Shown here piece after piece: positions 37,412 to 46,964 of a stretch of DNA of 64,000 bases. The stretch's first letter is position 1; each line of letters starts with the position of its first letter. Origin of the DNA: Bacteroidia bacterium. GTDB lineage: Bacteria; Bacteroidota; Bacteroidia; JADZBD01. The translations under genes and the position numbers were made by a program. Location of the stretch: contig JADZBD010000002.1 of the NCBI GenBank assembly GCA_020852255.1, positions 83,307-147,306 on the forward strand, in the 5' to 3' direction. The notes under the pieces were generated by a model, which was not told where the DNA came from, did no database searches, and worked only from the letters and a program-made list of their open reading frames with translations.

Positions 37412-39601
37412 ATGGCAAGGCACAGATTTAAAGCCCTGGAGGAAGTACTCACCAGGAAACCGGTAGATGTAAAATTGCAGGCTGCAAAGGTCAGCGATCT
37501 TTTCGGAGCAAACGTATTCGGACACGACAAGATGAGACAGTACCTCAGTAAAGATGCGTTTGAATCAGTTATGGGTGCAGTTTCATCCGGCACCAAGATT
37601 GACCGTAAGACAGCGGATCAGGTAGCCAATGCTATGAAAGCATGGGCGATGGAACAAGGAGTAACGCACTACACGCACTGGTTTCAGCCTCTGACCGGCA
37701 CTACAGCAGAAAAGCACGACGCCTTTTTTACGCCGGTGGAGAACGGACGTGCGATGGAAGCCTTTGGAGGAGAACAGCTGATACAACAGGAACCTGACGC
37801 TTCTTCATTTCCCAGCGGCGGCATCCGCAATACATTTGAGGCCAGGGGCTACTCAGCATGGGATCCCTCCTCCCCCGCCTTCATCTATTCCAACACACTT
37901 TGCATTCCCACCATTTTCATTTCCTATACCGGTGAAGCACTTGATTTCAAGACACCTCTTCTCAAAGCCCTGAACGCGCTGGATAAGATCGCTACGGAAG
38001 TGTGTCAGTATTTTGATAAGGACGTGACGAAGGTAACCGCAACATTGGGATGGGAACAGGAGTACTTCCTGGTAGATACGGCGCTATATAATGCCCGGCC
38101 GGATCTCAACCTCACGGGACGAGCCCTGTTCGGACATGCTCCCGCAAAGGGGCAGCAGCTGGAGGATCACTATTTCGGTTCCATTCCGGAACGGGCAGTT
38201 GCCTTCATGAAAGACCTGGAGCAGGAATGCTGGTTGCTAGGTATTCCTATTAAGACCCGTCACAACGAGGTAGCTCCGAATCAGTTCGAGTGTGCTCCCA
38301 TTTTTGAAGAGTGCAATCTGGCGGTGGATCACAATCAGCTTTTAATGGATGTCATGGAAAGAGTGTCTCGCCGGCATTCATTCCGTGTTTTGCTTCATGA
38401 AAAGCCCTTCGCCGGAGTAAACGGAAGCGGAAAACATAACAATTGGTCCATGGGTACCAACACAGGGAAAAATCTTCTGTCGCCTGGGAAAAACCCAAAA
38501 ACAAACCTGATGTTTCTCTCCTTCTTTATTAATACGATCAAAGCGGTACACGATAACGATGATCTGCTGAGAGCCGCGATTGCTTCGGCGGGTAACGATC
38601 ACCGGCTGGGGGCAAATGAGGCACCTCCTGCCATCATGAGTATATTCATCGGCAGTCAGCTTACCCGGGTATTGGAAGATCTGGAGAAGAAAGTAAAAGC
38701 CGGTAAAATGACCCCTGATGAGAAGACGGCCCTTAAGCTGGGAATCGGAAAGATCCCGGATGTGTTACTGGATAACACCGATCGCAACCGCACTTCTCCA
38801 TTTGCATTCACAGGAAATAAATTTGAATTCCGTGCAGTAGGGTCCTCTGCCAACTGTTCCGGCCCTATGACCGTTCTCAATACGATAATGGCCGATCAGC
38901 TTCGGGTGTTTAAAAAAGAAGTAGATCAGCTGATCAGCAAGGGAAAGGAAAAAGATGAGGCCATCTTTAATGTACTGGTAGATTACATTAAGGCTTCGCG
39001 GCGTATTCTTTTTGAAGGGAACGGGTACAGCGACGAATGGAAGAAGGAGGCGAAGAAGCGTGGTCTGAACAATTTCAGCACCACACCGGAAGCTCTTGAT
39101 TCATATATAGACAAAAAAACGCTGGACCTTTTTGAACGAAACGGGATTATGAGTCACCGCGAGCAGGAAGCGCGTCATGCCATCCACCTGGAGACGTATT
39201 CCAAAAAAATACAGATTGAAAGCCGCGTAATGGGTGACCTTGCCATGAATCACATTATTCCTACTTCCATCCGATATCAGAAGATGCTGGTGGATAATGT
39301 AAGCGGGATAAAGAACATTTTATCAGGCTCGGAATATACTAAGGTAGCCGGCCCCCAGCTTGACATGATTAAAGAAATCAGTGAGCACATCGCAGTTATT
39401 AAGGAAAACGTTGAGCACATGATCGAAGCCCGTAAGAAGGCAAATGGCATTGATGATCACCGTAAACACGCCCTGGCCTATTGTCATGAGGTGAAAGCAC
39501 ACTTTGAAACCATCCGATACCACGTGGACAAGCTGGAATTGATTGTGGATGATGAGAGCTGGCCTTTACCGAAATTCCGCGAGTTGCTTTTTACCAAATA
39601 A
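37412..39601 (+). CDS. glnN: glutamine synthetase type III
   Basis: About 730 aa from MARHRFKALEEVLTRKP…. Size and sequence (…FGSIPERAVAFMKDLE…, …NGSGKHNNWSM…) typical of Bacteroidetes GSIII. TATATTTG -7-like motif at 37343-37350 upstream. Confidence 0.85.
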   Translation: MARHRFKALEEVLTRKPVDVKLQAAKVSDLFGANVFGHDKMRQYLSKDAFESVMGAVSSGTKIDRKTADQVANAMKAWAMEQGVTHYTHWFQPLTGTTAEKHDAFFTPVENGRAMEAFGGEQLIQQEPDASSFPSGGIRNTFEARGYSAWDPSSPAFIYSNTLCIPTIFISYTGEALDFKTPLLKALNALDKIATEVCQYFDKDVTKVTATLGWEQEYFLVDTALYNARPDLNLTGRALFGHAPAKGQQLEDHYFGSIPERAVAFMKDLEQECWLLGIPIKTRHNEVAPNQFECAPIFEECNLAVDHNQLLMDVMERVSRRHSFRVLLHEKPFAGVNGSGKHNNWSMGTNTGKNLLSPGKNPKTNLMFLSFFINTIKAVHDNDDLLRAAIASAGNDHRLGANEAPPAIMSIFIGSQLTRVLEDLEKKVKAGKMTPDEKTALKLGIGKIPDVLLDNTDRNRTSPFAFTGNKFEFRAVGSSANCSGPMTVLNTIMADQLRVFKKEVDQLISKGKEKDEAIFNVLVDYIKASRRILFEGNGYSDEWKKEAKKRGLNNFSTTPEALDSYIDKKTLDLFERNGIMSHREQEARHAIHLETYSKKIQIESRVMGDLAMNHIIPTSIRYQKMLVDNVSGIKNILSGSEYTKVAGPQLDMIKEISEHIAVIKENVEHMIEARKKANGIDDHRKHALAYCHEVKAHFETIRYHVDKLELIVDDESWPLPKFRELLFTK

Positions 39602-39623
39602 CGGATACTTCTGAAAATAAAAA

Positions 39624-39654
39624 ATCCCCCTCCGGAAACCGAAGGGGGATTTTT
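39624..39654. terminator. bidirectional rho-independent terminator shared by convergent glnN and gldN
   Basis: atccccctcc-ggaaacc-gaagggggat hairpin flanked by an A-tract on one side and a T-tract on the other. Confidence 0.65.
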
Positions 39655-39671
39655 ATTGCGATTAGTGTTGC

Positions 39672-40532
39672 TCAGAAATGCCACATGTCGTGCTCCATCA
39701 GGAACAGATCGTTCTTAATCCGGTCACTCTCAAACAATGCATCAATACTCTTGGCATATTCTACAATTACCCGGTCATACACGTTGCTCTCCTTACGGAT
39801 ATAGCTGCTGAAAAGGCGTTTATGGAAGATATCATCAAACGTTCTGCGCTCCGCGTCGTTAAAACGGTTAAACACTTCGTACTGGGCAAAATAAGGGCGG
39901 CACTCCGGGAAGTAAACCCAGAAGAGCGGCTCATAGCCCCTGAAATCGCCGTTCTGATCGATCTTTTCGACCATGGGAGCAATACCAATGATTCTCACTT
40001 CCATCACACTTCGCTGCTTATCAAAAAACCAGTCTTCCTTTACCCAAAACTGAGTGATCTTTGCAGCGTCGATCTGGCGGGGAACAAGTACAGTATCCAT
40101 GAGTCCCGTATTGATGTTCGGTGTCAGAACGGTATCCATGGAATTCAACTTGGATTTCACCAGTGACAGGGGCATTTCGTACTGGAACTCATCATCAATC
40201 GCCGGACGATCATACGCGTGAAGAGCACCTTCCTCCAGGCCTTTCCGGATCACATCAAACAGACATAATCTGTTTTTTATGGGCTCGGTGGGATAGTAGA
40301 GCGGAAGATTAATTTTCTCCCTCATATCAATTACTCTCCAGATACGCTTAGCGAACATTACATCCGCCTCCCGGAGATAGGTATAAGGAATGGGCTTACG
40401 CTGATTGATATGCTCCTTAAGATAGGGGCTGTCATACGGCGCATTCGGATTAATTACGGTCTGTCCCGACACTCCGGCCGAAAAGAACGCCGCAAGGGCG
40501 AACATCAGACAATACTTAATACCATTTTTCAT
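39672..40532 (-). CDS. gldN: gliding motility / T9SS protein GldN (PorN)
   Basis: 286 aa. Signal peptide. Full-length similarity to the GldN family (…YTYLREADVMFAKRIWRVIDMREKINLPLYYP…). Last gene of the gldKLMN operon. Confidence 0.85.
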   Translation of the reverse strand: MKNGIKYCLMFALAAFFSAGVSGQTVINPNAPYDSPYLKEHINQRKPIPYTYLREADVMFAKRIWRVIDMREKINLPLYYPTEPIKNRLCLFDVIRKGLEEGALHAYDRPAIDDEFQYEMPLSLVKSKLNSMDTVLTPNINTGLMDTVLVPRQIDAAKITQFWVKEDWFFDKQRSVMEVRIIGIAPMVEKIDQNGDFRGYEPLFWVYFPECRPYFAQYEVFNRFNDAERRTFDDIFHKRLFSSYIRKESNVYDRVIVEYAKSIDALFESDRIKNDLFLMEHDMWHF

Positions 40533-40556
40533 CTTCCTCTTTTTTTTGTTGCTCGG

Positions 40557-42182
40557 TTAGATCACCTTGATGCTCAATCCGGGAATGGTACGCATGGTTC
40601 CATCAGGACCCACGACCTTCACGTTATCTATGTAAATCTTGGAACCGGCCTTCACCTTGGTCATATACGTCTTCTGTTCCGGTGAAACCATATTTCCATT
40701 GGATTTCGCGGTAGCTTCCACCCCATTGATAGTCATGGACATTTCGAAGGATACCACTTTAAACTTGAGGTCAAAATCAAAGTTCACCATTTCTGCGAGT
40801 ACACCCTGAGCAGCAAGAACCGCACTTTTGCTCACGGCCATATTCGGGTCTCCGGCGCGTTTTCCGGCGAAATTGGCCACAGGATCAGGAACGGGTTTAA
40901 TACGAAACTCAAAATTCCCCATTGGCTTGCTTGTTCCGCCAAAGTCGGCCGAAACGGTGATATTACATTTGGCACCACCCTTCACTCTGCACACAAAATC
41001 TCCCTTCTTGCCCGAAGGAGACAATGATCCGGCGGTACAAACCGCACGAACCTTTTCTGCAGGAACCCCGGGTACGGACACCGAGATCGGATTATCCACT
41101 CCAATGTACAACACATTCATCTTGGTGGGAGAAACCACCGCAGCCGGGCGGGCAGACATAAATGCGCTCTTGAATGGGAAAAACTTATAGCTGTTATCCG
41201 AAGGATTTTTCACCCGGATCAGACCGGAATACTTGTTTTCTCCTTCAGAGGAAGGGCTCAGCTTATAAACACCCACCCCCTTGCTCACGACAACGGATGT
41301 AGTGTCGTAAACCACACCGGGCTTTGGTCCGGCGAGCGTGGAGTCAATCTCTCCCAGAAACACAGTAGGATTGGAGGTTGTGGAGAACGCTGCTACGAAG
41401 ATCTCGGCGCGGTATTCATCGCCGATCAGTACATAGTTGGAACTCGCCACCACCCGTCCTGCGAGTGTATCAAACTTAAAGGAGGAGGCATCAATCTTGG
41501 TATACAGATGCTTCAGGATGTCGGACTCAGCATTTTTAATTTCATTCTGAATCCTTGACATGATTGCGATAACAGCAGCGCAGGGTATGTGATAGAAGTT
41601 ATTGGTTTCCCATGAAACCATTCCTCCGTCCACAATAGAATACTGATCATCTGTTTTAAGACCAATATTCATATTCCCGCGCTCTTTCTCGTCTACGTAA
41701 TTGAGCATTTTTCCACGAAAATCGATAATACGCTGCTTCAGCTCTTTCGCTTTTCCTGTAGGATTTCCGGGGTCATCCCCAATCAGTTCGTGGGTGGGGA
41801 TGTCATAGTTATCCTTTTTATCCATCCACTCAATCGTAAGAGTATCTGCCACGTTTTTCTCCACCTGCTCCACTTTCATAAAGAGCATAGTCTTGAGACT
41901 ATCTACGTAGTCATACATGTTCTTGGCATCCTTCATCGCCGCTTCTGCCTTATCCTTGTAGGGCTTCACCTTCACGGGGTCGTTCTGCATGGCTTTCACA
42001 AAGTCGTTGAAGGTGACTTCATTTTTAGCCGCAAAGTTCCTGTTCGTGTCGATCAGTCCTGCATTGATAATAGCGAAGGCGTTGAGGATCTCCTTGGAAA
42101 CATTAAGTGCCAGAAGAGCGGTGAGTACGAGGTACATCATACCGATCATCTTCTGCCTCGGGGTTTCTTTTCCACCAGCCAT
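40557..42182 (-). CDS. gldM: gliding motility / T9SS protein GldM (PorM)
   Basis: 541 aa. N-terminus MAGGKETPRQKMIGMMYLVLTALLALNVSKEILNAF is near-identical in pattern to Flavobacterium GldM. Single N-terminal TM. Confidence 0.9.
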   Translation of the reverse strand: MAGGKETPRQKMIGMMYLVLTALLALNVSKEILNAFAIINAGLIDTNRNFAAKNEVTFNDFVKAMQNDPVKVKPYKDKAEAAMKDAKNMYDYVDSLKTMLFMKVEQVEKNVADTLTIEWMDKKDNYDIPTHELIGDDPGNPTGKAKELKQRIIDFRGKMLNYVDEKERGNMNIGLKTDDQYSIVDGGMVSWETNNFYHIPCAAVIAIMSRIQNEIKNAESDILKHLYTKIDASSFKFDTLAGRVVASSNYVLIGDEYRAEIFVAAFSTTSNPTVFLGEIDSTLAGPKPGVVYDTTSVVVSKGVGVYKLSPSSEGENKYSGLIRVKNPSDNSYKFFPFKSAFMSARPAAVVSPTKMNVLYIGVDNPISVSVPGVPAEKVRAVCTAGSLSPSGKKGDFVCRVKGGAKCNITVSADFGGTSKPMGNFEFRIKPVPDPVANFAGKRAGDPNMAVSKSAVLAAQGVLAEMVNFDFDLKFKVVSFEMSMTINGVEATAKSNGNMVSPEQKTYMTKVKAGSKIYIDNVKVVGPDGTMRTIPGLSIKVI

Positions 42183-42232
42183 TATATCAAAATATTAAGA
42201 TGAAACTTGTCGTTAATTATCCACTGCTCTTA

Positions 42233-43048
42233 TCACTTGCGAACATTCATCGCGGTGAGCATGTTACCATACACCGTGTTGAGTGACTCGAGGTTCTGGG
42301 CCAGCACAGCCATTTCCTGCTTGTACCGTTTGGTGTCCTCCATAGAGGCACTCAGGTTGCTCATCACGCTCTCGATGCTCTCATACATTTTGTTGGTAGC
42401 ACGCAGGTGTTCTTCAGACCCTTTCAGCTGAAGCTCGTAAACCGAGTTCAGGGAAGTGAGGTTCTTTGAAACCTTACTGAGCTGTTCACCAAAGTTGGCA
42501 GAATCACCTGCCGTCATGGAGAGTCCCATCATAGATTCAGCGGCCTTTGAGTAGCTGCTGGACAGTTCGCTCACATTTTTGGCAGCGGATTTCACACTGC
42601 TCACATATTCACCGGTGGCAACGGAAGCCTCTGTGATATTTGAGATTTTGTTTGCCTGATCACTAAGGTTTTTCATACCATCGCCCAGGGAAGCAATAAG
42701 CTCAGGACCGATTTTGGCCTCTTCCAGCATATTATCGAGCTGTTCAGTAATCGAAAGTTTTTCTTCTTCTGCAGGAAGTTCTTCTTTCGCCTCGTGCCCC
42801 TCACCGTGCATTCCGGCAAGTTCCGGGTAAACAAGACTCCAGTCTACTTCCTCATGGATAGGTTCAAATGCAGAAAAAGCAAAGATGATGGCCTCGGTGC
42901 TCAGACCCACCACAAGGAGGGGACCTGAAAAGGGCCAGTGCATGATTTTAAAGAGAGCGCCCACAATTACGACGGAGGCACCCAAACCGTAAAGTTTGGC
43001 CATGAAATTCTTCCACTTACGGGTTCCTGGTCTGAAATCTTTAAACAT
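42233..43048 (-). CDS. gldL: gliding motility / T9SS protein GldL (PorL)
   Basis: 271 aa. …KLYGLGASVVIVGALFKIMHWPFSGPLLVVGLSTEAIIFAFSAFEP… matches the GldL two-TM N-terminus. Cytoplasmic coiled-coil C-terminal region. Confidence 0.9.
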   Translation of the reverse strand: MFKDFRPGTRKWKNFMAKLYGLGASVVIVGALFKIMHWPFSGPLLVVGLSTEAIIFAFSAFEPIHEEVDWSLVYPELAGMHGEGHEAKEELPAEEEKLSITEQLDNMLEEAKIGPELIASLGDGMKNLSDQANKISNITEASVATGEYVSSVKSAAKNVSELSSSYSKAAESMMGLSMTAGDSANFGEQLSKVSKNLTSLNSVYELQLKGSEEHLRATNKMYESIESVMSNLSASMEDTKRYKQEMAVLAQNLESLNTVYGNMLTAMNVRK

Positions 43049-43109
43049 ACGCTTCGGTTTTAGTTGGGGTTAATGATTCGGTTAATTGCTGTTTGGTATT
43101 GATACTGTT

Positions 43110-44543
43110 TTAAATATCATCACCCTTATCACGACCCAGGTAAGTCATTACACAGCGGAAGCCGATGTAACACTTAGCCGTATCCTGGTATTCGTAAGTA
43201 CGGGATGAGGTTTGAAGATAAAATCCTACGTCCTTCCATGATCCTCCGCGGATCACTTTTCTTTTCAGGACGGAAGGATCGCTGTCCTTTGCATCATAAA
43301 GATAATCCGGGTTCAGGTCATGGGAGAAATCATACGCTGCCTCATCATAGGCATTGCTGGTCCACTCCGAAGCATTTCCCGCCATACAATACAATCCGAA
43401 TTCGTTGGGCGAGTAGGAAGTAACTTTAACAGTGTGGAATCCACCATCAACGAAATACGAACCGCGCATAGGTTTGAAGTTTCCAAGGAAGCAACCACGG
43501 ATGTTACGGATATAAGGACCTCCCCAGGGGTACGGACTAAGATCCAGTCCACCGCGGGCAGCATATTCCCACTCCGATTCGGTAGGCAAACGATAATCAT
43601 TCACAATGGTACGTCCGATAGATGTGAAGAATCCATCCAGCAACTGGGTTCGCCAGATACAGAATGCCTTGGCCTGTTTCCATGTTACACCCACCACCGG
43701 ATACTCATCATAAGCCGGATGCCAGAAGTAATTATTGGTCATAGGCTCATTAAACGAATAAGTAAAGTCAAGTATCCATGCAAGTGTGTCGGGATACACG
43801 TTAATCACATCCTTAATAATAAAGACCTTTCTGTCTTTGCCGGGAACACCGTTCACCGTATAAGATCCCAGCGAAGTGTCAGAAGTAGAGAATCCCACCC
43901 CGTTGATAAACATCTTTCCATCCTCTTCCGGATCAGGATCGGGCGACATTTTCCACTTAAAACGATTCGCTTTACGGGCAGCAGTACGCAGATCCAGCCA
44001 GTAGTAGGCATAGTTTAGCTTGCGGGAATCAATTTCCTTTCTCTTCCAGTAACGCTCCCTCGGAGGCAGGTACATATCTTCCAGTATCTGGCGGTATTCC
44101 TCGTCATCACTGTCCCACTTAATCTTATAATCCCACGCAATGGGGGGAGGATCAGGATAAGGTTCACCCACCAAAACAGGATTCCCTGCGAAGTAATCCT
44201 CTTCAGGTACAATATAGTCTTCATCACCGGCATTCGCTAACAAACGCCTTGCGATGGAGTCTCGCACCCAGTATACCCACTGACGGTATTCATTATTGGT
44301 AATCTCCGTTTCATCAATATAGAAAGCCTGAACGGATACGGTCTTCGCCTTTTGTGTGAAGGCGTAGGGCACGTCCTGGTCAGAGGCACCCATATTATAA
44401 CTACCCGGGGGGCAGTACAACATACCGTAGGGGTCGTAATCGTACCAAGGTTCACGATTCTGGACCCCGATAAGTTCTCCATTGCCCTGGTTACAGGAAG
44501 CCAGCACTGCCGCCAAGGATCCAACTAAGAGTAACTTTTTCAT
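43110..44543 (-). CDS. gldK: gliding motility / T9SS lipoprotein GldK (PorK; FGE/sulfatase-modifying-factor fold)
   Basis: 477 aa. Lipoprotein signal (…LASCNQ). …PYGMLYCPPGSYNMGASDQDVPYAFTQKAKTVSVQAFYIDETEITNNEYRQWV… characteristic of GldK. Confidence 0.9.
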   Translation of the reverse strand: MKKLLLVGSLAAVLASCNQGNGELIGVQNREPWYDYDPYGMLYCPPGSYNMGASDQDVPYAFTQKAKTVSVQAFYIDETEITNNEYRQWVYWVRDSIARRLLANAGDEDYIVPEEDYFAGNPVLVGEPYPDPPPIAWDYKIKWDSDDEEYRQILEDMYLPPRERYWKRKEIDSRKLNYAYYWLDLRTAARKANRFKWKMSPDPDPEEDGKMFINGVGFSTSDTSLGSYTVNGVPGKDRKVFIIKDVINVYPDTLAWILDFTYSFNEPMTNNYFWHPAYDEYPVVGVTWKQAKAFCIWRTQLLDGFFTSIGRTIVNDYRLPTESEWEYAARGGLDLSPYPWGGPYIRNIRGCFLGNFKPMRGSYFVDGGFHTVKVTSYSPNEFGLYCMAGNASEWTSNAYDEAAYDFSHDLNPDYLYDAKDSDPSVLKRKVIRGGSWKDVGFYLQTSSRTYEYQDTAKCYIGFRCVMTYLGRDKGDDI

Positions 44544-44697
44544 TGGTTCTGTTTGTTTGTCACTTCGTTTAATTCTTACCGATATTATCCTCTATATACT
44601 TGAAAATCATCCTGCTAGACACAGGATGATATGCTTCCGAAGCAATATAGAGTTGCTTTAACGATAATAAAATCAAAAGGTTACAATAAATTATTTT

Positions 44698-45639
44698 TTA
44701 TTTCAAAAACCTGGGGTTGATATGACTCTGGGTCTTTTGCTTTGGAACCATCTTATAGCAGTACCCTACAACGATCTCGGGGGTACCATTGGAATGGTTC
44801 TTTATATCTGAGGTGGTAAAATCGTAGGCTACCCCTGCCTTAAAGGCACTCTTACCCATTTCTTTCTGATATCCCAGCATGGCGGCGATTGCATCTGTCA
44901 TTCGATAAGAAGCTCCCAGCCACACCATTTTCTGATACATTCCGGTAACGTTCAGATCGAAAATAGTAGATTTCGCATCAGATTTAACCAATACATTGGG
45001 AATCAGCTGAATATCACCTGTAATATCGAAGGTATAACCTGCAAGAACGAAATAGTGACGGGCCACACCAAAGTTCATCTGGTTTTTGGTCACATCCTGT
45101 TCCGGAAGGTGTGTAGAAGCCAATCCGACATAGAGCTTGGGAGTGGTATAGTACAAACCGAAATCAAGGTCATAAGTGATAGAACTTTCCTTCGCATCCG
45201 GGATGGAAGCATCTGGTTGAATGGAAGACTGTCCATCTGGAGGTAACCAGTTGTATATCAATGTCTTTTGAATCATTCCGACTCCAATGCCGATTCCTAG
45301 TACTCCCACACTGCCAATGGGCTGATGGAAGGAGTAGGCTCCTCGTGCGAAGAGGGATTTATCATTTCCCAGTTGGTCCTGGATCACGGTAAGACCGAGT
45401 CCTCCGTGAAGAGCACGCGAAGGTGCATCCAGACTAAAGAGCAATGATTTGGGAGCTCCGTCAAATCCCATCCACTGCATCCGGTACATGGCTACAGCAC
45501 ACAAGGCTCCGTTCGTTCCGGCATAACCGGGGTTGAACGAGAGTTTATTGTGCATAAACTGAGAAAACTGCTGATCCTGCTGGGAAAATCCCAAAGAAGC
45601 AAGAACGGAAAATGATAAAAGGATAATAATTTTCTTCAT
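44698..45639 (-). CDS. T9SS membrane protein PorP/SprF family
   Basis: 313 aa. Signal peptide. N-terminal QQDQQFSQFMHNKLSFNPGYAGTNG… and beta-barrel pattern typical of PorP/SprF (TIGR03519-like). Immediately upstream of gldK, as in the porPKLMN arrangement. Confidence 0.8.
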   Translation of the reverse strand: MKKIIILLSFSVLASLGFSQQDQQFSQFMHNKLSFNPGYAGTNGALCAVAMYRMQWMGFDGAPKSLLFSLDAPSRALHGGLGLTVIQDQLGNDKSLFARGAYSFHQPIGSVGVLGIGIGVGMIQKTLIYNWLPPDGQSSIQPDASIPDAKESSITYDLDFGLYYTTPKLYVGLASTHLPEQDVTKNQMNFGVARHYFVLAGYTFDITGDIQLIPNVLVKSDAKSTIFDLNVTGMYQKMVWLGASYRMTDAIAAMLGYQKEMGKSAFKAGVAYDFTTSDIKNHSNGTPEIVVGYCYKMVPKQKTQSHINPRFLK

Positions 45640-45785
45640 GGCAATCGTGTTAGGTTTTAATAAGTTACACCTAATAGGTCGCTAAGGTAGGGAAAATACT
45701 TACGAAAGCAAATTTTTTTCCCCCCTCAGTTTCTACCCCTATTTGCCTGATAGACGGCACATTCGGTAATGGTTGCCTGCTCTGA

Positions 45786-46958
45786 TCAGCCCAGTTTCTG
45801 GAAAGTCTGCCACCAGCGGTCAGGAACCTCCTCTCCAAGCGCTGTTTGGTAATCGCTGTAAGAGCAGGGCACCAGGCAATGTCGCTGAACCTTGAGTCTT
45901 TTATCCGGAGGATAGGGCACTTCCATCCACCAGCGGTCGGAGCGCAGACTTTTATAGAAAATGATTTCGCTGTTTTGGTCTTTGATGGCAACGTGGTATT
46001 TCTGGTAATCTGCGGTATTGCGGAAGGGATAGTCCTTCTTGCGCGAATAATAGCCTTCCAGAAAATACCAAAGTGCCTGACCCAGGAGCATGGCAGACTG
46101 CTGCCGTCTGTCTTTCGAAGGATTGTATTCGTAGAATCCGATTGAAGTTAGCTTATCACTCATTCCGGCGTAACGTGCAATGCGGCAAAGTTCCTCCCCG
46201 TAGAAACCATTTGGATGAGGCTGCGCGTGACCCGGGGAATCGCTCATACGCAAACATCCCAGATCCACCGTGAGCATATCGGCATGGCGGATCACCGGTT
46301 CTGCTTCCTCCATATGAGATTGCATTTGTCCCAGCCGGTGGGAATCGAAATACAATTTAGCCATCAGGTTCAGCGCGTCTTCATCCACGAAATAAGACTG
46401 GTAGCCTATATTGCTGAAATTGAACAAATGGTTGGGCTGATGCAGGATTACTTTGCCGAGCCATGTTCCTGCATGTATTGAATCTTCCGCTGTTCCGAGG
46501 TCGAAAGAGTGATCAATGGATACCACGTTGATCGTAGGTTCCACATTTTCATAAGCGAGGTAATTCGCATAGGACAAATCCTGCGAACCTCCCAGGATGA
46601 CCGGCAGAATCTGTTTACGCAGTAATTCATTGATGACTTCCTGAAGCGCAAAATAGGTATCCTTTTTCTCTGCTCCTGCCAGGATATTTCCCAGGTCGGC
46701 GATTACCGGTTCCATGATGCCGCGTCGCAACGAGTAAAAATGCGGCCGAACGGCATCGGCGCCTGCTGCACAACCTGCATTCTCGGGATGCCCGCGGTCT
46801 TCCTCCACACCCAGCACAGCAATGTGTACGCCATCCAGGTCCGGAAAGCCTCCTGATTCCGAATGAAACCTTGTATAATGAGCTATGGTAGTCTTTTCCT
46901 CTCCTATCGGACGAAGGTCTTCACTTACTGGCCGGAAATACACTGAAATATCCTTCAT
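45786..46958 (-). CDS. arginase/agmatinase/formiminoglutamase (ureohydrolase) family protein
   Basis: 390 aa. …PVILGGSQDLSYANYLAY…NVVSIDHSFDLG… metal-binding motifs of the arginase fold. 6 nt downstream of topA on the same strand. Confidence 0.6.
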   Translation of the reverse strand: MKDISVYFRPVSEDLRPIGEEKTTIAHYTRFHSESGGFPDLDGVHIAVLGVEEDRGHPENAGCAAGADAVRPHFYSLRRGIMEPVIADLGNILAGAEKKDTYFALQEVINELLRKQILPVILGGSQDLSYANYLAYENVEPTINVVSIDHSFDLGTAEDSIHAGTWLGKVILHQPNHLFNFSNIGYQSYFVDEDALNLMAKLYFDSHRLGQMQSHMEEAEPVIRHADMLTVDLGCLRMSDSPGHAQPHPNGFYGEELCRIARYAGMSDKLTSIGFYEYNPSKDRRQQSAMLLGQALWYFLEGYYSRKKDYPFRNTADYQKYHVAIKDQNSEIIFYKSLRSDRWWMEVPYPPDKRLKVQRHCLVPCSYSDYQTALGEEVPDRWWQTFQKLG

Positions 46959-46964
46959 GTCACC

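Noticed and set aside
45671-45991. 106-aa minus-strand ORF spanning the porP upstream region and the 3' end of the arginase-family gene
   Set aside because: Overlaps the better-supported 390-aa ORF in another frame and crosses the intergenic promoter region. No features.
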